Assembly: GCA_050084985.1 (NCBI GenBank)
Contig: JBITNC010000002.1
Span: 2,852,001-2,916,000, forward strand
Length of the DNA stretch: 64,000 nucleotides
Reading direction: 5' to 3'
DNA from: Nageia nagi
Taxonomy: Eukaryota > Plantae > Pinophyta
In this document: piece by piece, positions 1-11,835 of the stretch
Layout of the letters: each line of letters begins with the position of its first letter
Position numbering within the stretch: the stretch's first letter is position 1
Position numbers and translations under genes: made by a program
Notes under the pieces: generated by a model
The model's database searches: none
The model's input: only the letters and a program-made list of their open reading frames with translations
Told to the model about the DNA's origin: nothing

Positions 1-3000
1 GTAATGCGTCTACAGTTCCCTTCTTTTGCATTGTTATTGAAGGTGCCCGTATAAAATAAGTGAACTAATCTTGGTAGTTTTTTTTGGGAAGCATTGTAAT
101 TCATACATGACATTAGAGCATCATTTTCTGTCATGTTTAACTTTAAAGGGATACATTGTTTAATAAATGCATCAAATTGAAGAGATTCTTGCACCATTGG
201 ACGTAGAGTTTTGGGTTTCCTTCCAAGAAGTGACTACAATAGGGAATCCATGAAATATAAAGTGATATCTAGCCTTCAATTTTAGGTTGCTCAGTTGCTG
301 TTTTTCCTAGTATTATTTGTACAAAAATTGTTGAAAATATTGCAGAAAAGAATATCTCAAAGGCCTTTTTTTTTATAGTTAGCTTGCATTGACGAGATTT
401 CTGGACAATTTCCAGCTTTGAAATGACTGCTCAAATGTTGAAATTTGAGTTATTAACAGAGATATGGGGTTCAAAGGATAGACAAATGTTTTGAGACACT
501 TTTTAAATTGTAAAACTTTTACAGATAGAGATTACATCAATCAAGTTGTGCAAATACCTCTCTAGATTTTAGCAGTTAAAGCTTAGCACTCTATTGGGGA
601 AGATTTATAAATTATTTAAAGAGTGCATCATTAGATACAAGATAATGTCGCAAGTTGGCAACTTTTGTGGTAAGAAAGAAAGAAAAGAGCATATATTGAT
701 GTCCACCGGTGACCAAACTAGGTCAATCGGACTCAAAACTACATCTAGCTATAAAGAAAGAGCACAAGGGTTTGAGAACGCTAGGGATTGACATTAAAAA
801 GACTACAAGAAAGAGAGTCTATCATTAGAAAAGGGATCAACAATAAATCTGATAATGTCGAAAGGAGCCTAGATTGTTCAAAGATAGGGAGATCAGGTTG
901 GGTCTCCCTAAAGTCTCTTCTAATATCCAAGGTTGATGGATCTCTTGTAGTAGAAAGGTAGCTAGTAATGCACGCCTGTATCCCTAACCCAATGTGCAGG
1001 TGGGAGGAACTAATAGTTCAAGATGGCAGGTAGAGGTTGGTCGGCAACATTTGGTGTTGATATGAGAATATTGGGGTACACTGATAATTGTGTGAAGGCA
1101 AGCATCGTCGCTCTAACTTTCCCTACTAGTGTGCGAAAAGGTCTTATTTGGGAGACATATAGTGCCTCAAGGATGGGTTGAAAAAAGGAGTTGATCAACC
1201 TAGTCGTTTGAGGGTTCTCATTGGGGGATTTATGTAGAGATTTACATCTGAATATAGTAACCTCTTTGATGAAAAGTGTTAAGCATCTTTAATCAGATTA
1301 GCAAAAGAAGGCAAATAAGGAACCTCCAAATTTGTAATATTCTCAAATTTTTGCATCTCACTCACTCTGGCACAAGTGGGATGTTCATCCTCATTGTGCT
1401 CTTTTAGCTATTTAGGACTATTTTAGTCGTTTTAGAGTAAATATGGGAATATTGTGATAATCTCGGCAACATTACGGGCCTTTCTATGTAAAGTCCCACT
1501 TGGAGGCTCTCCAACATGGGACGTTGGATTCTAGGAGTCATTAATTGATATTTTAATTAGCTTAATATTTATAATTGTGAGGGCCACTTAAGAATGTCAA
1601 AATAATGTAATTTGCAATACCAAGGCAACTAATATTTGTAAATACAATATTAGTCTCCTTTAGTGAGGTGTCGCATATCTTGGCCTTGAGGAATTGTAAT
1701 TTCACATCACGAGGCACTTAGAAGCCTCCAAATGTAATTTAGCTCCCCTCTAAGATGGATGCTCCTCTAGAGGTAGAGCATGATGATTCCACGAAGGTGG
1801 CACTGATCTTGAGGTATAGAAGACTCCTAGAGGGATATGTTGCAACTAGATGAGCAATCTGGCATCGTTGGATGTGATTTTATGAATCCCAAGGCACCTC
1901 GTGATGTGACGTCTCACTCTATGGGTGAATCTAGACCCTACGACTTGATCATGAGCATCCCAATGCATCTTAGGGAGGTGCATAACAAGGTCATCTAGAG
2001 GTTATAAAAGGAGGAGTTTTGGACTCATGTGGATATGCTTGATTATTACTTCTCTCTTTACACTAGATATAGGGAGTTGGCTCTCTTCCTACCCTTGTGG
2101 ACGAAAACCCACCTAGACTAGCTAAAGTTTGGCAAAGCTTCAAGACTTAACGGATTGCTACTTTGAGGAATAGCTTACCTCAAAGGCCACAACTAGCTAT
2201 CCAAGGGTGTTGGCATTAACTTGGATTATCTTAATACTGCTAGAGGGACCTAAAGTCTCCACCACAACTAACTGAAGGAGGAAGCCCTAGTGTGAACCTT
2301 GCCGTAGCTGAGGATGTAAGGAATCATCCCTACAACACATTAAGGCATGTAATTTGATACTTATCTGCAATATTATTTGAATTACATTTGTGGCTCATTT
2401 ACTTGTTATTTCATGAGATCTTGCCCTAGCTACCTTAGCGTTGAATGGTTTATTTCTTAGTTCGTGCACTTTTCTACTAGACGTTGGGATATTTGCTTGA
2501 GATCTTATCATTACTAGTTAGATGTTGCATCTGTGTGGAATCATGAATGAGATCTAGCATTACTGGCATGGACATTGGCTTTCCGGCATATATATTAGCA
2601 CTTGCACTTGAACGTTGGGTTTTTACCAAGGTTTCAATGTGTGTCGAAAATGGGGGAGCAGAGGAGTGGCAAGAACGTGTTCCCAAGAATGGGAACAGCT
2701 GAGGTCATTCTTGGGAACAGCTGAGGTCATTTTTAGGGAGCACCCCGGAAATAGCAACGCGAGTGGCTAGTGTAATACTAGTAAAATATCCTAGAATTTT
2801 TAGATTTTTTAAATGTGATTATTTCTAATTCATTATTATTATAATATTATCAATTCAATCATATGAAACATTGAAACATAATATCAAAATGAGCCATAAT
2901 CAATGATCATAACACCATAATATCATTAAATCAGAAATTTGAATCAATCTAGTACATAGTAGAAGGCTGAAAAATGTCAAAATGAACTATCAAACTATGG

Positions 3001-3747
3001 CTCTAAAAGCTCATGTGCTACTAATAAATCTTGATTGTAATCAATATCATCCTCTTGATCAGCAAGGCTATCTGATGAGCTGCTCTCATCATCCAAGTGG
3101 ACATCCTCTAATGACAATTCTACCAACCATTGCACATAATCATCAACCTCAAAATTAGCTACCTCCACAGGATCAAAATCCCATCGTGTAGTTGGACTAG
3201 CCTTTTACTCAGGCTTAACTCTCTCTCTAAGGCGAAGATAGCTATGCATTGCTACTAGCTTCTTCGCTCTCTTAGGGGTAAGCATGCTCCTCCTTATGTT
3301 GTGGATGAAGCCATAGGTGGACCAATTCCTCTCTGCAGCAGATGAACTACCAACTTACAAAAGTATTTGATAAATTTAGAATTAGAAATTTTAATTTAGA
3401 AACAATCATTTAAATTTCAAATTATTTATATCAATAGGAACTTCATCTACCAACCTAAGAAAGGAGCCTGACTGCAAGTTGCTTCAAATGTGGAGCATCA
3501 TCCCCATATAGATCCCACCTTCCACTAGGATCTATTTGAGCAAAGGTAGCCCTATCCTCTCTGCATTCTTGTGTGCTAAATCCAGGACCCCTAAGTCTCA
3601 CAAATTGCATGAATTTTGATCTAATAATGGCACTCTACTCCGATGTATACACCTTACCAATGAACTTCCTAAACCCATTTTCCACTTCTTGATCATTATT
3701 ACATTTTTTTTATTTTCCTAAGGTACATACCATTTTGGATTCAATGC

Positions 3748-4247
3748 TGTTGGAATGTATAATGCATTATTGTAAAAGTTTTATGATAATTTTCTATGTA
3801 AGTTTATTAATACTTACGGGTATCATTTGATACCTTAAGTATTTAAGTGAATATGATAATGTAATTTGTCCTACACTCCATATCATAAGCATGCCCCTTG
3901 GGTAAAAAGATGTGTATGTCATGCTTTTGTACACTGGATAAAAGGGTAATCCAAAGAGGCATTTTAGCTTATAAATAAAAGGCTCCCTCTTTGTGATCAT
4001 ACACCAATTTGTGGAGTAAAGCTTTGCTATAAGTTAGTGTTTAGGAGAAAAGTTTAGGAGGATTGTAAGAGTTCATATTTGTGAATGAAGTGAGATCTAA
4101 TTAGTGAATGTACTCCTAATTGGAGGAACCACTTACATCTTGTGTTATCTTTGTGAGATTGCTTTGTGAGTTTGTTAGATATGTATTGTGAGCTTTCATA
4201 TGATCTTGGTAGTATAGGATTGTTTTAGTTATATTTCAAATCCTTCA
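3748..4247 (+). repeat. Copia 5' LTR
   Basis: Starts TGTTGG and ends TCCTTCA. 4061-4247 matches 11650-11835. Confidence 0.9.
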
Positions 4248-4249
4248 TT

Positions 4250-4261
4250 TGGTATTAGAGC
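4250..4261 (+). promoter_or_regulatory. Primer-binding site, tRNA-iMet type
   Basis: TGGTATTAGAGC, one mismatch to canonical TGGTATCAGAGC, 2 nt after the LTR. Confidence 0.88.
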
Positions 4262-7044
4262 TAATTTGAAGGTTACTCTTCAACATTTTGGAGATCTTCT
4301 TCCATCAACTTGGATGTCTTCTTCCTTTTAAGGTCTTATTGAGGTAAACTCAAGAGAAGGTATAAATTCCTTCCTTCTTGGTTATTTTTTATTATTTCAC
4401 TATGCTACTAACATATTATTTGTTGTGTTCTTTTTTTTTAACAAAATATGCTTAAAAAAATTAGAAATATGATGCAATTGTCTAACACTAACCTTCTTTT
4501 AGTTGCAAATTTTAAAAAAAAAAATTGCTTACCATAGTTTTTTATTCTAAAAGAGGTTAGTGTACAATTTCCAATATTTTCATAAGCTATTTGAAACAAA
4601 GGAAGTTATTTTTTTCAAAAGCTTGATAACGGGAAATTTTTTATATTTACATATAATATCCTATTTTCTTTTGAAAAGGAATTACAATTTCTTTTTGAAA
4701 TTTAGTTTTTTTTTTTTTAAATTTCATTGCTGAGAGAAAATATAGAAACTTAAAAAAAACTCAAAACAAATAACATTAAAAATCAGGCCAATTTAAAAAT
4801 TGGCTGGGGATTCTATATTATGAATGAATACTTTAAATCAAATCATAAAAGTATTATTTCAGGGGGAGGTCGACCAACTACTAGCCGACCAAGCCCCACT
4901 CCTCTACTCCTCCCTGGCGGTGAATTGGAAGTGACCTGGCAATGGCTTGGCAAACGATTTTTTTTCTTTTTGGTTTAATCTAGCACCTTAGACCATCTGC
5001 ACCTTCATCCCAAAAGTTGCCTCTTCTTTGGTTCACGGCCTCCTTCATTTGGGCATTGTGGGCACTTTTGGGCGCCCCTCCAATCACTGCTCTTCCTTCT
5101 TCCGTCACGCCACCCCTGTGGTAATTTTCTCTACCCGCAACCCCTTCAAACCCCCCCAACCGCCTCTCTCTCCCTCGTAGCCACTCCACTCCCTTCTCGC
5201 CGTGAGCTCTTGTCAAGATCCACTCCACAACGTGGGAAAGGTGAATTGATTTAGATTGCCTACCAATGCACAACCCCTTTCTTCTCCTGTCTCCTTAGAC
5301 CTGTGCGCTTCTTTCTATGAGCGCTTGCCTTTTTTTACATAAAAATATTTTTTTGAACTCTCCATTCATGCACGCTTGCTTATGGTTTGTTCTTTCCTTT
5401 GATTTAATGTCTTTGAGGTGGGTGGCCTTACTTCTTATTTGATCTAGTCATTTAATCAACTTGTCATTCATTAATGAATTAGAGTGTGAAGAAAGTAAAC
5501 ATTTTTTTGTTTTTTTTTTCAAAAGCGTTGGAGTAAACTCTTAGTTCACACTTAATGCATGGTCATCATCATTTTTTTATTTTCCTTCCAAACACTCCTT
5601 TATGCCTAAAATCTGACTTAGAGTATTCTTTAAAGATTACTTGGAATGCTTGGATAAAATTGCATTGATTATATTTAACTTTTTTTCTGAAGTATTATTA
5701 GGAGCATAATGGCCTATTAATTGTCTACTTGCTTAAATGGAGAAAGTTAATTCTTTGAAGTAGACAATTTTTAAAGCCTAAAATTAAATTATTTAAGAAT
5801 TTTTTTTAATACTTATTTTTAATTTTTTTTGGCATTACTATTTGCTAAGTATTTATTGCAACTATAGACAATAGTGCAAAAATAATATTTTTTTTTAAGT
5901 AAAAGGAGGGGAATTATGCTAAATCCTTTATGCTTAGAATCTTTTATGCTTATGATGCATGCCTATGAGTCACTCTTTTATTTTTAGATTAATAAAATAA
6001 TGCATGCTTATTGCTTATGCTTAGTACTTAAATTTTTTAAGCTAATGCATACTTAAGATTAGTACTTATGCTTGTTACTTAATTTTACGTTGATGCATGC
6101 TTAGGACTTAATTTAAATGCTTAGCAATTTTTTTTAAGTCAATGATGCATTCTTATTACTTAAAAATTTTAAGTTATAATGCAAATTACATATTTATGCA
6201 AATGAACTTGTGCAAAATTAGGAATGATGTAAAGATGTCCTTTAGGGTTTGGTAAACAAAACCCATTGGAGATTTAGGTTTCAAATCTTGAATGGATGAT
6301 TTTTTTTGCTTATGCTTTTTTTATTTCATTTTTCGCATTTTTGATTTATTTGCTTATGCAAGCAAAAACGCAAACATTGAAATGAGCAACCCCCTAAAAT
6401 GAACACATCCGCACGTCCATTCCGCAACATGACTTGTTTCAGGAGCCATGAGATGAGGACAGGCGAACTGGAGCCTTTAAGTTCGACGATCCAAATGGTG
6501 AAAAGTTCGTACGTCTCAATTGCCCTTAAGTCCTCTATTGGTCTGGACATAACTTCAATAGGTGGACAAGCATGTGTGTAGTGATACCACATGTCCGCAC
6601 ATCCATTCAATGATTATCCTAATAAACTAGGAGAACAACTTGAAACCTAATCAAGATTAATAATTTGGTCAATCCAATAAACGTCATAACCTTGGAAAAT
6701 AGTAGGTATTTCTCTTTGTGAGAAAGTATAATACTGACCAAGGCGAACTAGTTGAGGATTGGTAGTACTTGGGCTCCTCTTGTGTGGGCATCTAGGTGAA
6801 AACTTAAATTTTTAGACAAAAAAACAAGCCTCAACAATGTCACTCTACATATACGGTTCTTGAGATGATAAACGTATTTTGGTACATGGGTTATTATTTG
6901 AATTGTAAAACATTTGCACTTGTGAATCAAATCAAGCATGACTCTAATGTTAAACTTAACATGTATTATTTACTTGGTAAAAACTTAACATATAATGTTA
7001 TTTATTGAACCATATGCTTATTACTTTTTCACATCCTTGTGTAG

Positions 7045-10000
7045 CAAACAGGAGACTCCTTTTTACCCAAACACATTCTTGACGATTCCAACTTTGGGAT
7101 TTGGGAACCTCGGATGAGAGCTAAATTGCAGGCAAGGAAGCTTTAGCAAATAGTGAATGAAAACCTTGTACCTCTTACAGATGAAAAGGCACTAGAGGCT
7201 TACAACATGAAGAATGAATTGGCAACCTCCATGATCTATCATGCAGTTTCAGATGATGTGCTCCTGATGATTTCCTCTTCAACCTCAACAAAGAAAGCTT
7301 GGGATAAGTTTAAGCAAATCTACTTTGCTTCAAAGTTCTCAAAAAGGTTTACCATTCTCCAAAAGTTGTTTCAATCTTGTCAAGGGGAAGATGAAAATGT
7401 GGCTATCTACTTGAACAAAATCATTGACCTAAGGACCCAACTTGTTGTTTGTGAGTGCAATTGGATCAATGATGAGTTCATGGTCTTCATCATTCTTTAA
7501 AGCCTTTCTTCAAAATTTGAAAACTTTGTGACGGTTATGGAAACAAGGCTTGATGATAAAGAAGAAGTCTTCTCCCTTGAGAACCTTTCTAGGCTCCTTT
7601 TGAAGTATGAGGAAACCTTTAACAAAAAGGTGTTGATTTCTTCTCCTAAGGATAATAACGTTGCTCTTGGAGCAACCAAAACTCCTTTCAAAAAGAAGTT
7701 CAACCATCAAAAGAAATCTTATCCTTCTTTCTCCAAAAGGTTTGAGAAAATAGGCAACGGCTACAACAGCAGCAAAAACAATGGCAACAACAGGTCCAAC
7801 AACAATAGTAGCAGAAACAACCACAACAACAACCACTTCAAGCAAAGAAATAGAAAAGGCAAAGCAAACAATCCATATCCTAAGGAAAAGTTTGATGGTA
7901 ATTGTAACTATTGTGGCATCCAAAGTCACAAAGAAGTTGATTGCTACAAAAAGAAAAGTGAGGAAAAGAACAAAGGCAATGAAAATGTAAAGAACTTCAA
8001 AGGAAAGAAGAATATTCACGTTGGTTTTGTTGTGGCGTTCTACTCCATGTCTCACTCTTTTTCGTCTGATTGGATTGTTGACTTTGGTTGCACTAATCAC
8101 CTATGCTTTGAAAAGGAAAAGTTTGAAAACTTTCACAAGTATAGAAAAGATGCGGTTGTGATAGGTGATAACTCTACCCTTGAAATCCAAGGAATTGGAA
8201 GTGTGTTGATTCACAGGAAGGTTCTTGATAATGTGCTCTATGTTCCTAAGCTTATGATGAACCTTCTCTCCGTAATCCATGTTGCTAGAAAAGGGTACTC
8301 TTTTGAGTTCAACTCTCAATCTTGGTGCATTAAGAAAGGACTTGCCACATTGGTTAAAGGATCAATGAAAGATGATCTCTACATTATGGATCAAGTTCCA
8401 TCAAAGATGTGTCTTGCTATAAATGTGTGTTCTAAAGGCAATCTTTGGCACCAACGTTTAGGGCACCTTAACCACAAGAGTATTCAAATCATGAAAGACC
8501 AAGAACTTGTGGAAGGTTTGCCTTCAATTTCTCCTTCGGTTGGTCTATGCGAGAAGTCCATTCTTGGTAAGATGCATAGACAAAAGTTTGAAAAAGACAA
8601 GGCAACAAGAGCATCTCAACCTCTTCAACTTTTGCATTCAGATTTGATGGGTCTGTTTCAGACTAAGTTGCTTGAAAGAGCATCTTATGTCTTGACCTTC
8701 ATTGATGACTTTAGTAGGATGACCTTTGGGTATCTACTTGAGCACAAGGATCAGACCTTTGAGAGTTTTAAGGTTTTTAATGCCCTTGTAGAGAATCAAA
8801 CTAATCTTAAAATCAAGATGTTAAAATCAAATAATGGGGGAGAATACAGTAGCAATGAATTCAATGACTATTGTGCTAAGTATGGAATCAAGAAACAATT
8901 TACGATTTTTTACACTCCTCAGCAAAATGGTGTTGCCAAAAGGAAAAATAGAACAATTATGGAAATGGCTAGATGCATGTTGGGTAATCTTCCTAATTTC
9001 TTGTGAGGTGAAGTAGAAAGCATTGCTATTTACAGCTTGAATAGGTGTCATAAAAAAGCCATTCAGGGTAAAACTCCTTTTGAAGCATGGTCAGGAAGAA
9101 AACCTAACATTTCACACCTTAGAGTGTTTGGTTGTGAAGCATTCACCTTCATTGTTTCTAAGAAAAGGAAGAAGTTAGAAAAAAGAGCTGAAAAATGCAT
9201 CTTTGTGGGGTATGACAATCAATATAGAGGCTACAGGCTCTACTCTCCATCCTAGAAAGCCGTGTTTGTTTCTAAGGATTTAAAGTTCAATGAACTTCCT
9301 AAAGAATCTACTTTTAATAAGGATGTTGATCCAGATGACTCTTTAGTTGCACCTAGCTGGTTAGATATTGATCTAGACAAGTCACCTCAAGAACAAAATT
9401 CTCCAATACAAAGGGTAACAAGGAGCATGACCTTGAACAAATCCTTATTTTCCAAGATTGACAACAAGCATAAGCCCTCAACCTTCAAAAAAGCTTCTAA
9501 GCACGAGAGCTGGATGGAAGCCATGAAAGTGGAGTATGAGACGCTTATGAAAAAAGAAACTTGGGATTTGGTTCCTTATCCTAATGAGAAGAATCGGAAA
9601 TAAGTGGATCTACAAGGTCAAGTTCAATTCTGTTGAGGATGCTGAGAAATACAAGGCAAGGTTATTAGGCAAAGGTTTTGCTCATAAATACGATGTAGAT
9701 TATAAAGAAAACTTTGCTCTTGTGGCAAAGATGCCTACTGTAAGAATTATCCTTGCTCTTTCTGCAGCTCAAGGATGGAAAGCTTTTCAACTTGACGTCA
9801 AGAGTGCATTTCTCAATGGTGATTTAGATATGGAAATCTTCATAAATCAACGAAAAGGGTTCATTGTGGAAGGCAAAGAATCCTTTGTGTGCAAGCTAAA
9901 GAAGTTATTATATGGACTTAAGCAAGCACCTAGAGCCTGGTACAAGAAGATTTCAAGGTATTTTGCAGACATTGGTTTCTCCAAGTACTTCTCAGACTCC

Positions 10001-11000
10001 AATTTATATGTGCTCACTCAAGGAAAAGACGTGGTCTTGATTCTCCTTTATGTGGATCATCTTTTCATTACTGGAAACAATGATGAAATCATTCAAGAGT
10101 GCATATCCAAACTTAAGGCAACATTTGAAATAACTGATCTTGGTCTCTTGCACTACTATCTTGGAATGAAAGTGTATCAATACAAGGATTGTATTTATCT
10201 CAATCAATCTAAGTATATATCAAACATCTTGCAGAAGTTTGGAATGGAGAAGTGAAGATATGTTGTGATCCTTGTTTCTCCTGGAAACACTGTTTCTTTG
10301 AGCTCCAACTCTCAATTAGCTAATCCTACAGCTTACAAGCAATTAATTGGTAGTCTTCTGTATTTGACTATATCCAGGCCAGATATTGCCTTTGCAGTGA
10401 AGCTAATGGCTCGATTCATGCAAAAACCATATGTTGAGCACCTCAATGTTGTTAAGCAAATCTTGAGGTATGTTGCAAGGGCTAAGGATCTTGCTTTCAG
10501 GTATTCTAAGTTGCCCTCGTTTGTTCTCTATGGATTCTCAAATTTTGATTATGGAGGAGATAGAGATGACAGGAAATCAACCTCTGCATATGTGTTTAGC
10601 ATTGGTTCAAGTGCTCTCTTGAGCTTCCAAGAAGCAATTTACTGTTTCTCTTTCCACCATAGAAGCCAAATACCGTGCCATGTCTATTGTAGCCTAGGAA
10701 GCTATTTGGCTAAAGCATCTTCTGAAAGAAATTGGATATGAGCAAGCTGGCTCATCTTTGATTTCTTCAGACAATCAATCAGCTATTTCTTTGGCTAAGA
10801 ATCATATGTTCCATTAGAGAACAAAACATGTGGAAATCCATGCCCATTTTATCAGGGAGAAGGTTCTTGATGGCATCATACACCTGAAGTATTGTCCATC
10901 CACCTTGAACTCCGCTGATTTGTTCACCAAGCCCCTCCCGGAAGCTCAATTCTATAAGCTTAGGGATGCTATTGGGTTGATGAAGTTGCCCTTAAGGGGA
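7045..11000 (+). pseudogene. Copia gag-pol polyprotein pseudogene
   Basis: Zinc knuckle CNYCGIQSHKEVDC. Protease WIVDFGCTNH. GAG-pre-integrase LWHQRLGH. Integrase LHSDL...FIDDFSR...PQQNG. RT QLDVKSAFLNG and LYVDHL. RNase H DYGGDRDDRKSTS, HVEIHAHFIRE, ADLFTKPL. Several stops and frameshifts. Confidence 0.96.
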
Positions 11001-11649
11001 GTGGAGTTTGAATTCTTACGTTGAATTCATGTTTGTGATGACAACTTCTCCCCTAAAAGGATTTTGTGTTGTATAGTGTTGATTTTGTTGTACACCTTCG
11101 TGGTAAGTTCGCTTTGCGAGAGGAACTTGTACAAATTTTTAAAACAAAAAGATTGGCCAATCTAGCACTGTTCAATTATCCATATGTGAGGAACTCTTAT
11201 GTCTCTTTTGGCACTATTCAATTATCCATATGTGAGGAACTCGTATGTGCATGCTCTATTTTGTAATGATAATCAACACATGTTTTATATACAGCAAGTG
11301 ACTATGAGTTTTGGCTTGGCATCTTCGTGATTGGCTTATAATGCACCATGATCAGTTCATGATGGCATTTGAGTGATTCATCTATCCTTATTGATATGAA
11401 TATGTTGCATCTAACTTATCTTGTCATTTGAGTTGCTTATGACTTGCAACTTTCTTTTAGATTACAGGTTACTTCAGGTATGCAGACTCTTGGAGACTCA
11501 TTCATGAGTTCCAGTTGGATGACTACTTCATGTACATTGAAACCGGTTGTGGTTAATGATTGTATTTGGCAAAATAGTGAGTCTCAGACTAAATCTTTCT
11601 TACTTCACAAATATATAAAAAGTTCTCATATCCGTTGTATCTCTTTAGA

Positions 11650-11835
11650 TGATTGTAAGAGTTCATATTTGCTAAGAAGAGAGATCTAGTTAGTGGATGT
11701 ACTCCTAGTTGGAGGAACCACTTACATCTTGTGTTATCTTTGTGAGATTGCTTTGTGAGTTTGTTAGATGTGTATTGTGAGTTTTCATGTGATCTTGGTA
11801 GTATAGAATTGTTTAGTTATATTTCAAATCCTTCA
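11650..11835 (+). repeat. Copia 3' LTR, R/U5 part (the upstream U3 does not match the 5' LTR)
   Basis: Homologous to 4061-4247. Ends TCCTTCA followed by the TSD. Confidence 0.85.

Larger units (their letters stand above)
3748..11835 (+). mobile_element. Ty1/copia LTR retrotransposon, full length, degenerate
   Basis: TG...CA ends. 5-bp TSD AATGC at 3743-3747 and 11836-11840. PBS after the 5' LTR. Domain order gag-PR-INT-RT-RH. Confidence 0.95.

Noticed and set aside
1-850. Possible next aldehyde oxidase exon
   Set aside because: No IEGAFVQG-like translation seen. It appears to be AT-rich intron sequence.
3070-3095. CTGATGAG hammerhead-like core
   Set aside because: No properly placed GAAA or closing stems; it lies in the hAT transposase tail. 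I saw no convincing hammerhead in any LTR.
7510-8100. 196-aa hydrophobic minus-strand ORF
   Set aside because: Antisense shadow of the Asn/Lys-rich copia gag.
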